From NCBI GenBank assembly GCA_963575745.1, contig CAUYUJ010000166.1:1-64000 (forward strand): a stretch of 64,000 bases of DNA. The letters are read 5' to 3'. Shown piece by piece: positions 52,609-63,286 of the stretch. Numbering within the stretch: the stretch's first letter is position 1; every line of letters starts with the position of its first letter. The notes below the pieces were generated by a model. The model ran no database searches. It had not been told where the DNA came from and worked only from the letters and a program-made list of their open reading frames with translations. A program made the position numbers and the translations under genes. This stretch comes from Prorocentrum cordatum. Lineage: Eukaryota.

Positions 52609-52734
52609 GTGCAAAGGGCTGTTCGCTGCATCCACCCGCCTCGCTGCAGCGATGCTTGGAAGGCCATGCTTGCCATTGCCACTGGAAAAAGAATCGTCTC
52701 ATCATCTCTATCACCATCGACGTCTGTGCGCGGA

Positions 52735-53964
52735 GGCCCTCCGCCCTCGGGCTGTCGCCACTGCTAGTCTTTGGTTCCACCTGGGGGTGCCTCGGCGGCA
52801 GCCTGGAGGAAGGTTCAATGGAATGCCGCGGCATTGCAAAAGAGTCGTTCTGCTCTTGCCAAGTCGATCAGGAAAAGTACAGCGCATTCTGTCTCTGGTA
52901 ACACGCAAGCCATGTGGTTCCATACGTCCAGAAGTCGGCGGCAGCCGGGCGGACGATTCAGCGGAACCCCGTGGAAGACAAGGGAGCCCGGGTCACTTTT
53001 GATGTGCGACGCACCCGCTGGTTGGTCGATCACTCCGATGCCTCGGCGCCCTCTCGCCTTTCCGCGGGGGCCCTCCCCCCTCGGGCTGTCGCCGCTGCTA
53101 GTCTTTGGTTCCACCTGGGCGTGCCTCGGCGGCAGCCTGGAGGAAGGTTCAATGGAATGCCGCGGCATTGCAAAAGAGTCGTTCTGCTCTTTCCAAGTCG
53201 ATCAGGAAAATTACGGCGCATTCTGTCTCTGGTAGCACGCAAGCCATGTGGTTCAATATTTCCAGAAGTCGGAGGCAGCCAGGCGGAAGCTTCAGCGGAA
53301 CCCCGTGGAAGACAAGGGAGCCCGGGTCACGTTTGATGTGCGAAGCATACGCTGGTTGGTCGATCCCTCCGATGCCTCGGCGCCCTCTCGGCTTTCCGCG
53401 GGGGCCCTCCGCCCTCGGGCTGTCGCCACTGCTAGTCTTTGGTTCCACCTGGGGGTGCCTCGGCGGCAGCCTGGAGGAAGGTTCAATGGAATGCCGCGGC
53501 ATTGCAAAAGAGTCGTTCTGCTCTTGCCAAGTCGATCAGGAAAAATGCAGCGCATTCTGTCTCTGGTAACACGCAAGCCATGTGGTTCCATACGTCCAGA
53601 AGTCGGCGGCAGCCGGGCGGGCGATTCAGCGGAACCCCGTGGAAGACAAGGGAGCCCTGGTCATTTTCGATGTGCGAAGCATACGCTGGTTGGTCGATCC
53701 CTCCGATGCCTCGGCGCCCTCTCGCCTTTCCGCGGGGGCCCTCCGCCCTCGGGCTGTCGCCGCTGCTAGTCGTTGGTTCCACCTGGGGGTGCCTCGGCGG
53801 CAGCCTAGAGGAAGGTTCAATGGAATGCCGCGGCATTGCAAAAGAGTCGTTCTGCTCTTGCCAAGGCGATCAGGAGAAATGCAGCGCATTCTGTCTCTGG
53901 TAACACGCAAGCCATGTGGTTCCATACGTCCAGAAGTCGGCGGCAGCCGGGCGGACGATTCAGC
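52735..53964. repeat. 334-bp tandem repeat, about 3.7 copies
   Basis: ttggttccacctggg at 52771, 53105, 53439, 53773; last copy is joined directly to the Rep coding sequence. Confidence 0.94.
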
Positions 53965-55043
53965 CGGGCCATCGCGCCCTACGACTGGTCCTTCCCGTAT
54001 CACGTGGCGCTCACCGACAGCATGGCCAAGCGCGCGCCGCGCCAGTGGTACCCCGTGCTGGAGACCATCCACATGACGCACGTCATGACCCAGGCCGTCT
54101 TGGGGCTCCTCTGCGGCGCGCACAAGCACAGGAAGCCCGCCGGCAGGGAGAACGACTACCAGATTATTCCAGCGCTGGACGACGATGGCAACCCCGTGGA
54201 CGTCTTCCCCGTGCTGCGCGTCGAGTTCCAGGACGGTACCCACAAGGACCCGACGCAGGACTACCACGGGAGCGGGCGCCCGCACGTCCACGCGCTCCTC
54301 TTCGGCGTCGACGTCAAGAAGTGGAAGCTCCATGAGTGGGCGCGGGCCACGCTCCCGCGCGAGGATGAGGGCATCGTGCGCGGCTACGTCCTGGGTGCGC
54401 AGCTGGACAAGAACAAGCAGACCAAGTGGCCCGTGCACGAGGGCCCCTCCTGCTGGGACGAGGACGAGGGGACCTACAAGCTCCGGCACAGTGCCAAGGA
54501 CAAGTCGCAGGGCGTGCGGGCATGGATCGACGCCCTGCTGGAGGCCCTGAACGGCAGCCACCAGGACCTCCAGTTCTCCGTGGACGAGTCCTCTCTCTCG
54601 GTCTACGTGGCAAAGTACGTGCCCAAGTTCTCCGACGCCTTCGCCAACGACTTCCTGGACGATGAGAACGGCCTCGGCGGCGACGGCACGGCGGCGGGCA
54701 TCCTGTCTCGCTACCGACCGCTGGAGCCCGAGATGGCGCTCCAGCTGCTCGCGCAGCACATGCCCCAGTGGAAGATCGTCGCGGAGTCACAGGGCGCTCG
54801 CGACTTCCTGGTGCCGTGGCCAGAGCAGGAAGACCTCTCGAAAGACATCGGCGGCGCTCTTGGCGTACGAGCAGTGCCAGTGGCGTGAGGAGAACATGTC
54901 GCTGCTGGAGTTCCTCCGCAAGTCGGACGACGGCAACCAGGGGAAGATCGTCCAGTGGCTCCAGCGGAAGCACCGCGCCGAGGTCGTCCGCGAGGGCTAT
55001 GAGTGGTACAAGACGCACCTGCCGACCGGCACGCGCCCGAATG

Positions 55044-57376
55044 TGAGGAGGCCGCGGCTTAAACTGACCCCCCCCTTCGCATAATTCCGCCCAAGAAAAG
55101 CCGAAATGTAGCCGTGCCCTGTGGGCGAGCAGCTTTCCTGCGAGCGTGGCTTTTTTCATTGAGCGAGCAGCTTTTCTGCGTGCGCGAGTAGCTAGAGCTT
55201 CGGCGCGTTTGAGTGTCGGGCGCGCCGGTCTGCTCTAGCGCAGCCCGTGCGAGCTTCAACCCGATTCGACTGCGGATCTGTGCGTGCGCCATCGCTCCAT
55301 GATGCGTTCTGCGAGCTTCAGGACATGGCATGTTTTTTGTTGTCGCTGTGATGATGCGCGCGCCCCGCACGGGCGCCTTCGTCTGCCCTGGCCGATTGGG
55401 TGGGCACTGCAAGATCTTGCAAGGTTTAGGGGCCTCTCGCGCTTTTCGTCGGTCCGTGTCTCTTCGCGGTTTTCGCGCTCACGGGCGTCCAGCGGGATCG
55501 CCCGTAAGATGCAGGTGGCGCGCGCCTTTCCCCTGTTCGTTTGTTGCTATTTTGGTTGTGCGGGAAAATGACACTCCGTTTTATTGCAATACAAGCACAT
55601 AGAAATCATCAGCAAAAAACCTTCCCGCTCATCCCGCGCCCTTGGACTCCCTCCCACGGCAATCACCCCCCACAAGACCAGCCCCAATATGCACTTTGAT
55701 GGCGGGGGCTTATGTGACCCCGACGTCGGGTTCACTCATTCGTTTCTTTGCCATGGTTCCTCCACCCTTCATCCCTCCTTGGTCCTCCCTCCTCCCTTCT
55801 CGTCCCTCCCTCCTCGTTCCTCCCTCATCCTCCCTCCTCCCTCCCTCCTCGCTCCTCCCTCCTCCCTCTTCCCTCCTTCGCCCCCCTCCTACCTCCTTCG
55901 CTCCCTTCCTTGTCATCCGAACCATGGATAATCTTCAATGCCAGACAACTCGATTGAAGGCCATTCCCAGTGCTCCCATAGCATTTTGGCCTCATGTTTG
56001 CCTCGCCTGCGCCTCGGCTGTCCCGCGGCTGTCCCGCGGCTGTCCCGCGGATGTCCCGCGGCTGTCCCGCGGCTGTCCCGCGGCTGCCCCGCGGCGGGCC
56101 GCGGCTTTACTGGCCCGGGCCGCAGCTTTATTGCCCGACGGCCCGCTTTGCTTCGGCTGTCCCGCGGCTGTCCCGCGGCTGTCCCGCGGCTGTCCCGCGG
56201 CTGTCCCGTGGCTGTCCCGCGGCTGTCCCGTGGCTGCCCCGCGGCTGTCCCGGCGCAGTCTGGCGCTGTCATATTACACTTGAACATGTGTTTTCGGTCG
56301 CCAATACCAGCGGCACGCGGCACTCCGTCCGGCCCCACACAGTCGGTATCATCATTATAGTTGCGTTGCTGCCTGCGGACACTGCTCGGAACAACGAGAA
56401 GGCGACACCAACTTGTTCATAGCATTGTCATTAAAGGAGTTGGGCTTCCCCGGGGCCTCCTGGGGGGGCGCCGTGGCCACTTGGAGCCGCCTTGGGGCGG
56501 CCGCGGGGCATCTCGGAAGCAAATTGGAAGGTATCTTGAACGACGTTGGGTGCTCATGAGTCATATTTGAGGTCATAATGGGCTTTCTGGGGCCGTCGCG
56601 GAGCCATTTTGGGCCATCTTAGGCGCTCTAGCCCATCGCGGGGGAAGAGCTTCAGACCCATGGTTTTAGGAAGAGGGCGACGCATGGGGGGGCAAAGCGA
56701 TTCCCTGAGTCCATTCACGCCGATCGCTTCCAGTGAAAGTTCATGTGCGCGCCATTGTATTCACGCACGCGTTCTCGTGTGTGCGTGTTCAGTTGCGCGC
56801 GTTTTCTCGCGCGCGCATGCGTTTCCACACTGCCCTCCCATTATTGGCCATGTGCGTCTCGCCGTTTCGACCTACCGACGCCTGTTCTTACTGATGTTTG
56901 TAAGAGATCACATGCCCCGGAATTTCCTACACCTGTCCAACAACCAGGGCATGCATTCAATTGCACATGCACCTGCCGTTTAACACCGAGTTATATATGC
57001 CCGGACTTGCGTGTGCATATTGTGCCGTCTCGGCGCTCTCTTGTCGTTCGCCCTCCACGTTGATTTCCTTTTCTGTGTCCGCCAGGTCCGTGACCGTGTC
57101 TGTTCCTGTCAAGGATGTAGTTCCTATGGATATCCCCTTCGTGGAAGATCGCCCCTGTGTCGCCGACATGCTACCCCGTCGCTGTGCTACAGCAGTGCTG
57201 CAGCTGCGCAGCCGTCCTCAGTCGTGCTGCTGCGGCTATGTCGCGGCGTCCCGCGGCGATGCCGCCCAAGAACCCGCTTTGCTTCGGCTGCCCCGCGGCT
57301 GCCCCGCGGCTGTCCCGCGCGCCCTTTTCAGCGCAGGGCGGGGTCGCCTCGACGAACGCAAGCCGCGGCCTCCTCA
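55044..57376. mobile_element. Non-autonomous TIR DNA transposon, 2333 bp, 17-bp TIRs, 8-bp TSD (hAT/P/Merlin-like TSD length)
   Basis: TGAGGAGGCCGCGGCTT (55044-55060) and AAGCCGCGGCCTCCTCA (57360-57376); CCCGAATG at 55036-55043 and 57377-57384; removal restores ...TRPNAQSTW... in frame; internal (CTGTCCCGCGG)-type repeats 56018-56250. Confidence 0.93.
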
Positions 57377-57932
57377 CCCGAATGCCCAGTCTACCTGGTG
57401 CGGGAAGATGCGCCAGCAGATGAAGGACACTGGGGAAGCGGGACAGGTGTCCCTCCGAGATTATCTGGCACACGTGGGGCAGGTCGAGTTCACCGTTCCC
57501 CACCTGGAGACTTTCGCGCGCGACTACGAGACAAAGGGCGAGAAGGCGGTGTGCTGCAACATGCGCTCGCGCCTCAACGATCTCTTCTACGGCCAATGGC
57601 TGGTGCTCCACGTGCCCTTCCGCAAGCGGGCGGATCTTATCCCGGCGCTGCAGCTGGGGAACGTCCCCAAGGAGCACCGGAACCTGGCCATGGCCGTGAT
57701 GAGCAGCAGCCCGATCGCCAGGACGATGTGGCACGGCATCTGCGACGACGGCATCGAGCAGGAGTTTCGCTTGGAGGGGCACAAGGCGGCCTACAGGGAG
57801 ACCATTATGAACTACGTGCGGACGCACCGCCAGCTGATCTTCGACTACATCGCGGGCCGGGTGCCGGTGGCCTCCGCGAGCCTGGGTCAGATGACCGACG
57901 GCCTCATTCGGCCCGCGCGCGTGCAGGTCGAG

Positions 57933-58241
57933 CGGGTCGTACACTTGCCCACGCAGCAGCGCTTTGCCGAGCTCATACCCCACCAGAAGGACGTCGAGGG
58001 CCGCGTGCGGATCGGCGAGGCCGCCGGGGTCCGCGTGGGCGACATGCTACAGCTCGGGACGGCGAAGGCCCGGGTGCTCAGCGTCCTGCGATTCGACGAC
58101 TTCCGCACCATGCTGCAGCAGCTCGGGCACCGGCGCGCCGTGCCGTCGGCACGGACCATATCCGCGGTCCTGCGCATTTGCCACGGCTTCCGTGGCTACG
58201 AGCGCCTCGCCGCCCAGCACGGCGTCGTCGCCTTCGAGCTG
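57933..58241 (+). other. ASCH (PUA-like) domain within RepHel-2
   Basis: HLPTQQRFAELI..KDVEGR...VRVGDMLQL...VLSVLRFDDFRTML..LG...VP...GVVAFEL follows the ASCH pattern F..I..GKKTxExR / VGD / Y.SF.ELL / GVxAIEL. Confidence 0.8.
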
Positions 58242-59964
58242 GGGCCGCCGGACCAGGCGCCGCGCGACCCGCTCGACGGCCCCGTCCGCCTGCAGCCGCA
58301 GCAGGCCGCGGCAGTGCGCCTGGCGGAGGAGTGCATTGGCCGCGCGCTCCGGTGCAAGCAGGCAGCCACGGAGGCGGAGCGCGACGCGGCGCGGGCCGAG
58401 GCCCGCGCGGGCTCCAAGATCCTCGTCGTGGACGGACCGCCAGGCACTGGGAAGTCCTTCGTGCAGCACCTCCTGGTTCGCCGCACACTGGAGCGCGGCG
58501 GCCGCGTACTCTACACCTTCCTCACGGCGAACCATGCGGCCCGCGCCCGCCAGACCTTCGGCGACGCCGTCGACATCGACACCTTCCACGGCGCGCTTGG
58601 CGATGGCTCCGACCCGTGCCACGCGCGGGGCGTCCTGGAGCTCTACGCCCTGGTCATGGTGGACGAGTGCTTCCTGCTCCAGGAGAAGCTCTTCCTGCAC
58701 CTCCGCCGCCTATACATTGCCGCAGACATGGTGCCGTGCGTCATGCTGGCGGGCGACAAGAACCAGATGGGCAGCCCGGGGGGCAGGCCGTGCTTCTTCT
58801 CGCCATCGTGGGGTTGGTGGACTTGCACGACGACGCTGCGCTACGATTCCCAGTGCGCCCAGCGCACGTCGGACACGGGCTTCATCCGCATGCTCAACAA
58901 GCTGCGCATGAAATGCCCGGCGGAGCGCGGGGGGGACTTCTCCGTGCCGATCCTCGTGCGCGGTCGAAAGGCCTGGCTCGGCGATAGGCCCACCCTGGCC
59001 GATGTGCGCAACCTCTTCCACAAGTACCCGTGCACCACCGTGCTGGCCATCAGCCGCGAGGCGGTGCAGGACTTCAACCAGCTCGCCGTGGCCGCGTTCC
59101 ACACGGACGACCAGTACCTCGGCACCATCAGGGGCGACGTCGAGAGCGACCCGGCCAACTACGACGAGAACAAGCAGCTGAAGCCGCACAGGCGCCTTAA
59201 GCCGATGGACCTGCACCTGTACAAGGGCATGACGGCGGTGATCACGCGGAACGTCGAGAAGCCCTACTTCGTCAACGGCACCATCTGCACGGTGGAGGCC
59301 TACGACGGCAACAACGGCGGCGTGCGCCTCATCGCGTCTGAGGGCAGGAGGCTGTTAACGTGGCTGAAGTCCGACCCCGGGCTCGGCAATATTGCCTACC
59401 ATGCGTTACGGCCTGGATACTGCGCCACAATCATCAAGTTCCAGGGCGCGGAGCTGCGCCACGTGACGCTCTGGCTGGACATCGCGGGCGTGCCCGGCGC
59501 GGCCTACACGGGCTTGTCCCGTGTGAAATCGGCGCAGGACTACCTGATCGGGGGCTTCGTCAAGAGGAAACACATTACGCCGGCCTGCGAGGGCTGGCGC
59601 CGTCGCTGGGGCAAGCGCCCACACGGACAGGCTTTTGAGCCGCGCCCGGAGGCTCACGTCTGAGAGCGCCCAACCGCGCAGCACTGCCTGCCGCGCGTGG
59701 AGCGCGCGGCGTGTACGGGGAGGGACAGGGTTGACACGCGCAAGGGACGTGGAATGGGGGTGACGTGTTGGTGTAGAGCGCTGTAGCCTGATGCGGGGGC
59801 ATGCGCCCTCTGTGAGCTGCGGTTCCGCGCTGGGGGCGCCCGAAAGGAAATATCCGTGATCTCCATTATGTAATTATGGCTTTTTCCGGGCTCCGGCGGG
59901 GGGGTTCACTTTCGAACCCCCGGCCCCGGCCCTGGCCCGGTCTGGGCCCGGCCCCGGCCCCAGC

Positions 59965-60243
59965 CTTTAACCTTGACGCGTGGGGGCCTCTGGGGCCCTA
60001 AGGATGCGAGGGGCCCGTCGCCGAGGGTTTGGGGTTAACATAGAATGACAGGGTCGCCAAGGGCGCTCGCCGACGCTATTCTTAACCTTGACGCGTGGGG
60101 TCCTCTAAAACACTAAGGATGCGAGGTGCCCGTCGCCGAGGGTTTGGGATTAATAACATAGGAGGAGGTTGACACCTCAGCTTCAGCGGCCCCATCAGCA
60201 CCAGCGTCCGCTAACCGTGACGTCCGCGACCTTCCAGCGTCAC
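59965..60243 (+). repeat. Internal truncated copy of end block B (no hairpin)
   Basis: Matches 47985-48262 and 62003-62277. Confidence 0.88.
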
Positions 60244-61626
60244 TAGCGTCGGCGAGCGCCCTGGCGACCCTAACTAGCGTCGGCGAGCGCCCTGGCGACG
60301 CTAATTAGCGTCGGCGAGCGCCCTGGCGACCCTAACTAGCGTCGGCGAGCGCCCTGGCGACCCTAACTAGCGTCGGCGACCGACCTGGCGACCTTAAATA
60401 GCGTCGGCGAGCGCCCTGGCGACCCTAACTAGCGTTGGCGAGCGCCCTGGCGACCCTAACTAGCGTCGGCGAGCGCCCCTGGCGACCCTAAATAGCGTCG
60501 GCGAGCGCCCTGGCGACGCTAATTAGCGTCGGCGAGCGCCCTGGCGACCTTGAATAGCGTCGGCTATCGCCCTGGCGACACTAATTAGCGTCGGTGAGCG
60601 GCCCTGGCGACCTTCATTAGCGTCGGCGAGCGCCCCTGGCGACCCTAACTAGCGTCGGCGGGCACCCTGGCGACGCTACTTAGCGTCGGCGAGCGCCCTG
60701 GCGAGCCTAACTAGCGTCGGCGAGCGCCCTTGGCGACCCTAAATAGCGTCGGCGAGCGCCGTGGCCACGCTAATTAGCGTCGGTGAGCGGCCCTGGCGAC
60801 CTTAATTTGCGTCGGCGAGCGCCCCTGGCGCGCTCTGGCGACCTTCATTAGCGTCGGCGAGCGCCCTGGCGCTCCCCGGTGCTCCCAGGCGCTCCGAGGC
60901 GCTCCCGCGCGCTCCCCGACGTTCCCCGGCGCTGCCCGGCGCTCCCTGGCGCTCCCCGGCGCTCCCAGGCGCTCCCAGGCATTCCCCGGCGCTCCCCGGC
61001 GCTCCCCGGCGCTACCTGGCGCTCCCTGGCGCACCCCGGCGCTCCCAGGCGCTCCCGGGCGCTCCCAGGGGCTCCCCGGCCCTCCGCGGCGCTACCCGGC
61101 GCTACCCGGCGCTCCCTGGCGCTCCCCGGCGCTCCCAGGCGCTCCCAGGCGCTCCCCGGCGTTCCCCGGCGCTCCCCGGCGCTACCCGGCGCTCCCTGGC
61201 GTTCCCCCGCGCTTCCAAGCGCTCCCAGGCGTTCCCAGGCGCTCCCAGGCGCTCCCCGGCGCTACCGCTCCCTGGCGCTCCCAGCGCTCCCAAGCGCTCC
61301 CAGGCGCTCCCAGGCGCTCCCCGGCGCTCCCCGGCGCTGCCCGGCGCTTCCTCGCTCTCCGGCGCCACCCGGCGCTCCCTGGCGTTCACCGGCGCTCCCC
61401 TGCAGGCGCTCCCAGGCGCTCCCGGGCGCTCCCCGGCGCTTCTGCGTTTCCTGGCGCTCCCCGGCGTTCCCAAGCGCTCCCCGGCGCTCCCAGGCGCTCC
61501 CCGCGCTCCCCGGCGCTACCCGGCGCTCCCTCGCGTTCCCCGGCGCTCCCAGGCGCATCCAGGCGCTCCCAGGCGCTCCCCGGCGCTCCCCGGCGCTGCC
61601 CGGCGATCCCTGGCGCTCTCCGGCGT

Positions 61627-61658
<32 letters not shown>

Positions 61659-62003
61659 CCCAGCGCCAGAGCGCTCGCCGACGCCATTTAAGGTCGCCAG
61701 GGCGCTCGCCGACGCTATTTAGGGTCGCCAAGGGCGCTCGCCGACGCTAATTAAGGTCGCCAGGGCCGCTCACCGGCGCTATTTAGGGTCGCCAGGGACG
61801 CTCGCCGACGCTAATCAGCGTCGCCAGGGCGCTCGCCGACGCTATTTAGGGTCGCCAGGGGCGCTCGCCGACGCTAATTAAAGTCGCCAGGGCCGCTCGC
61901 CGACGCTAATTAGTGTCGCCAGGGCGCTCGCCGACGCTATTTAGGGTCGCCAGCGCGCTTGCCGACGCTATGTAGGGTCGCCAAGGGCGCTCGCCGACGC
62001 TAA
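60244..62003. repeat. Inverted 31-bp satellite, 10-bp satellite, forward 31-bp satellite
   Basis: (tagcgtcggcgagcgccctggcgaccctaa)n 60244-60868; (gcgctccccg/cag)n 60868-61665; forward 31-mers 61670-62003. Confidence 0.92.
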
Positions 62004-62317
62004 CCTTAACCTTGACGCGTGGGAGCCTCTGGGACCCTAAGGATGCGAGGGGCCCGTCGCCGAGGGTTTGGGGTTAATATAGAATGACAGGGTCGCCAAG
62101 GGCGCTCGCCGACGCTAACCTTAACCTTGACGCGTGGGGTCCTCTAAAACCCTAAGGATGCGAGGGGCCCGTCGCCGAGGGTTTGGGGTTGATACAATAG
62201 GAGGTTGACACCTCAGCTTCAGCGGCCCCATCAGCACCAGCGTCCGCTGACCGTGACGTCCGTGACCTTCAGCGTCACGCGCGTCAGCTCGCGCGCGCCA
62301 AGCCAAGATGCGCGCGG

Positions 62318-62439
62318 TTAAGGGTTTAGGGTAGGGTTTAGGGTTTAGGGTTAGGGTTAGGGTTAGGGTTAGGCTTTAGGGTTAGGGTTTAGGATTTAGG
62401 GTTTAGGGTTTAGGGCTTAGGGTTTAGGGTTTAGGGTTT
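62318..62439 (+). repeat. Telomeric-like tract
   Basis: TTTAGGG/TTAGGG mixture. Confidence 0.96.
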
Positions 62440-62562
62440 AACAGGGCAAGGCCAAGAATACCTACCCGCATAGGCACCCACCTGCGGCGGCTATCAATCC
62501 CCCCCGCATCTCCACCCCCACATAAAGATCATCTCTCCTCTCATGTTATACCCTAACGGGCG
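62440..62562 (+). repeat. Motif C, ~120-bp sequence following a telomeric tract
   Basis: aacagggcaaggccaagaatacctacc...catgttatacccta, repeated at 63629-63750 after the next tract. Confidence 0.9.
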
Positions 62563-62604
62563 CGAATGCCGACCCAGCACACGCTCGCCAGCCGATCCGT
62601 GTGG

Positions 62605-62960
62605 GCCGAAGCGTGTCCGACGAACCGTGTCTGCCAAGTGTCTACCGAACCGCGTCTGGCGAACCGTGTCATCCGAACCGTGTCAGCCACACAGTGTCAA
62701 CCCGTCTCAGCCCAACCGTGTCACTGGCGCCGTGTCAGCCATGCCGTGTCAGACGCTCCGTCCCAACCACACCGTGTCATCAGAACCGACTCTGCAAAAC
62801 CGTGTCAGCCGAACCGTATCAGCCGAACCGAACCGAACAGTATCAGCCAAACCATGTCAGACGAACACTCTCAGCCAAAGCGTGTCGACAGAACCGCGTC
62901 AGCCGAAACGTGCCAACCGAACCGTGTCAACCGAAGCGCGTCCGCCGAACCGTGTCAACA
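62605..62960. repeat. Degenerate ~15-bp tandem repeat (gaaccgtgtcagcc)
   Basis: Recurrent aaccgtgtc core. Confidence 0.8.
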
Positions 62961-63039
62961 GCGCAAGAAAGTAACCCTGAGAAGCACGCGATGAGAACTG
63001 CCACAGGATACACACTGGATGCATGCGACAAAGGCTCAG

Positions 63040-63286
63040 CCGCGCGCGTGTGCACTTTGTCGTTTTTTGGCAATGGAAAATGAACATGGACACATCTTGC
63101 AAGAGCAGGATGTTAAGGTTATAGTTTTTTTACAAGAGAAAGCTCCGGTACACTTCCACGCCCGCGACGCGCGCGTGCACTTTGTCGTATTTTTTGCAAT
63201 GGAATATGAACATGAACACATCTTGCAAGAGCAGGATGTTAAGATTATAGTATTTCTGACAACACAAAGCTCCGGTACACTTCCCG
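63040..63286. repeat. ~125-bp tandem duplication
   Basis: gtgcactttgtcg...gcaagagcaggatgttaag...agctccggtacacttcc twice. Confidence 0.8.

Larger units (their letters stand above)
53968..59663 (+). pseudogene. RepHel-2: HUH endonuclease - ASCH domain - PIF1 helicase, 5'-truncated, frameshift ~54850, split by a TIR element
   Basis: AIAPYDWSFP, VEFQDG...GRPHVHALLF (54280), YVAKYVPK (54604), YEQCQWREENMSLLEFLRK, FYGQWLVLHVPFR, GPPGTGKS (58434), VMVDE, LAGDKNQ, AQR, PGYCATIIKFQG, YTGLSRV; colinear with RepHel-1. Confidence 0.9.
48536..62317 (+). mobile_element. Putative 13.8-kb Helitron-like element flanked by telomeric tracts (cargo gene, tandem repeats, RepHel-2, satellites, terminal hairpin)
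   Basis: Same 5' motif and 3' block as the 45446-48302 unit; internal HUH-Rep/PIF1 coding region. Confidence 0.72.

Noticed and set aside
55974..55996. Possible fourth SL relic (TCCCATAGCATTTTGGCCTCATG)
   Set aside because: Too degenerate and not followed by a credible ORF.
56961..57376. N-terminus of the 900-aa ORF
   Set aside because: Lies inside the TIR insertion; read-through by chance.
41275..59663. Host PIF1 genes or CRESS-virus Rep
   Set aside because: Helicase is SF1B fused downstream of an HUH/YxxKY Rep, the Helitron arrangement; CRESS Reps use SF3 helicases and host PIF1 lacks the Rep.
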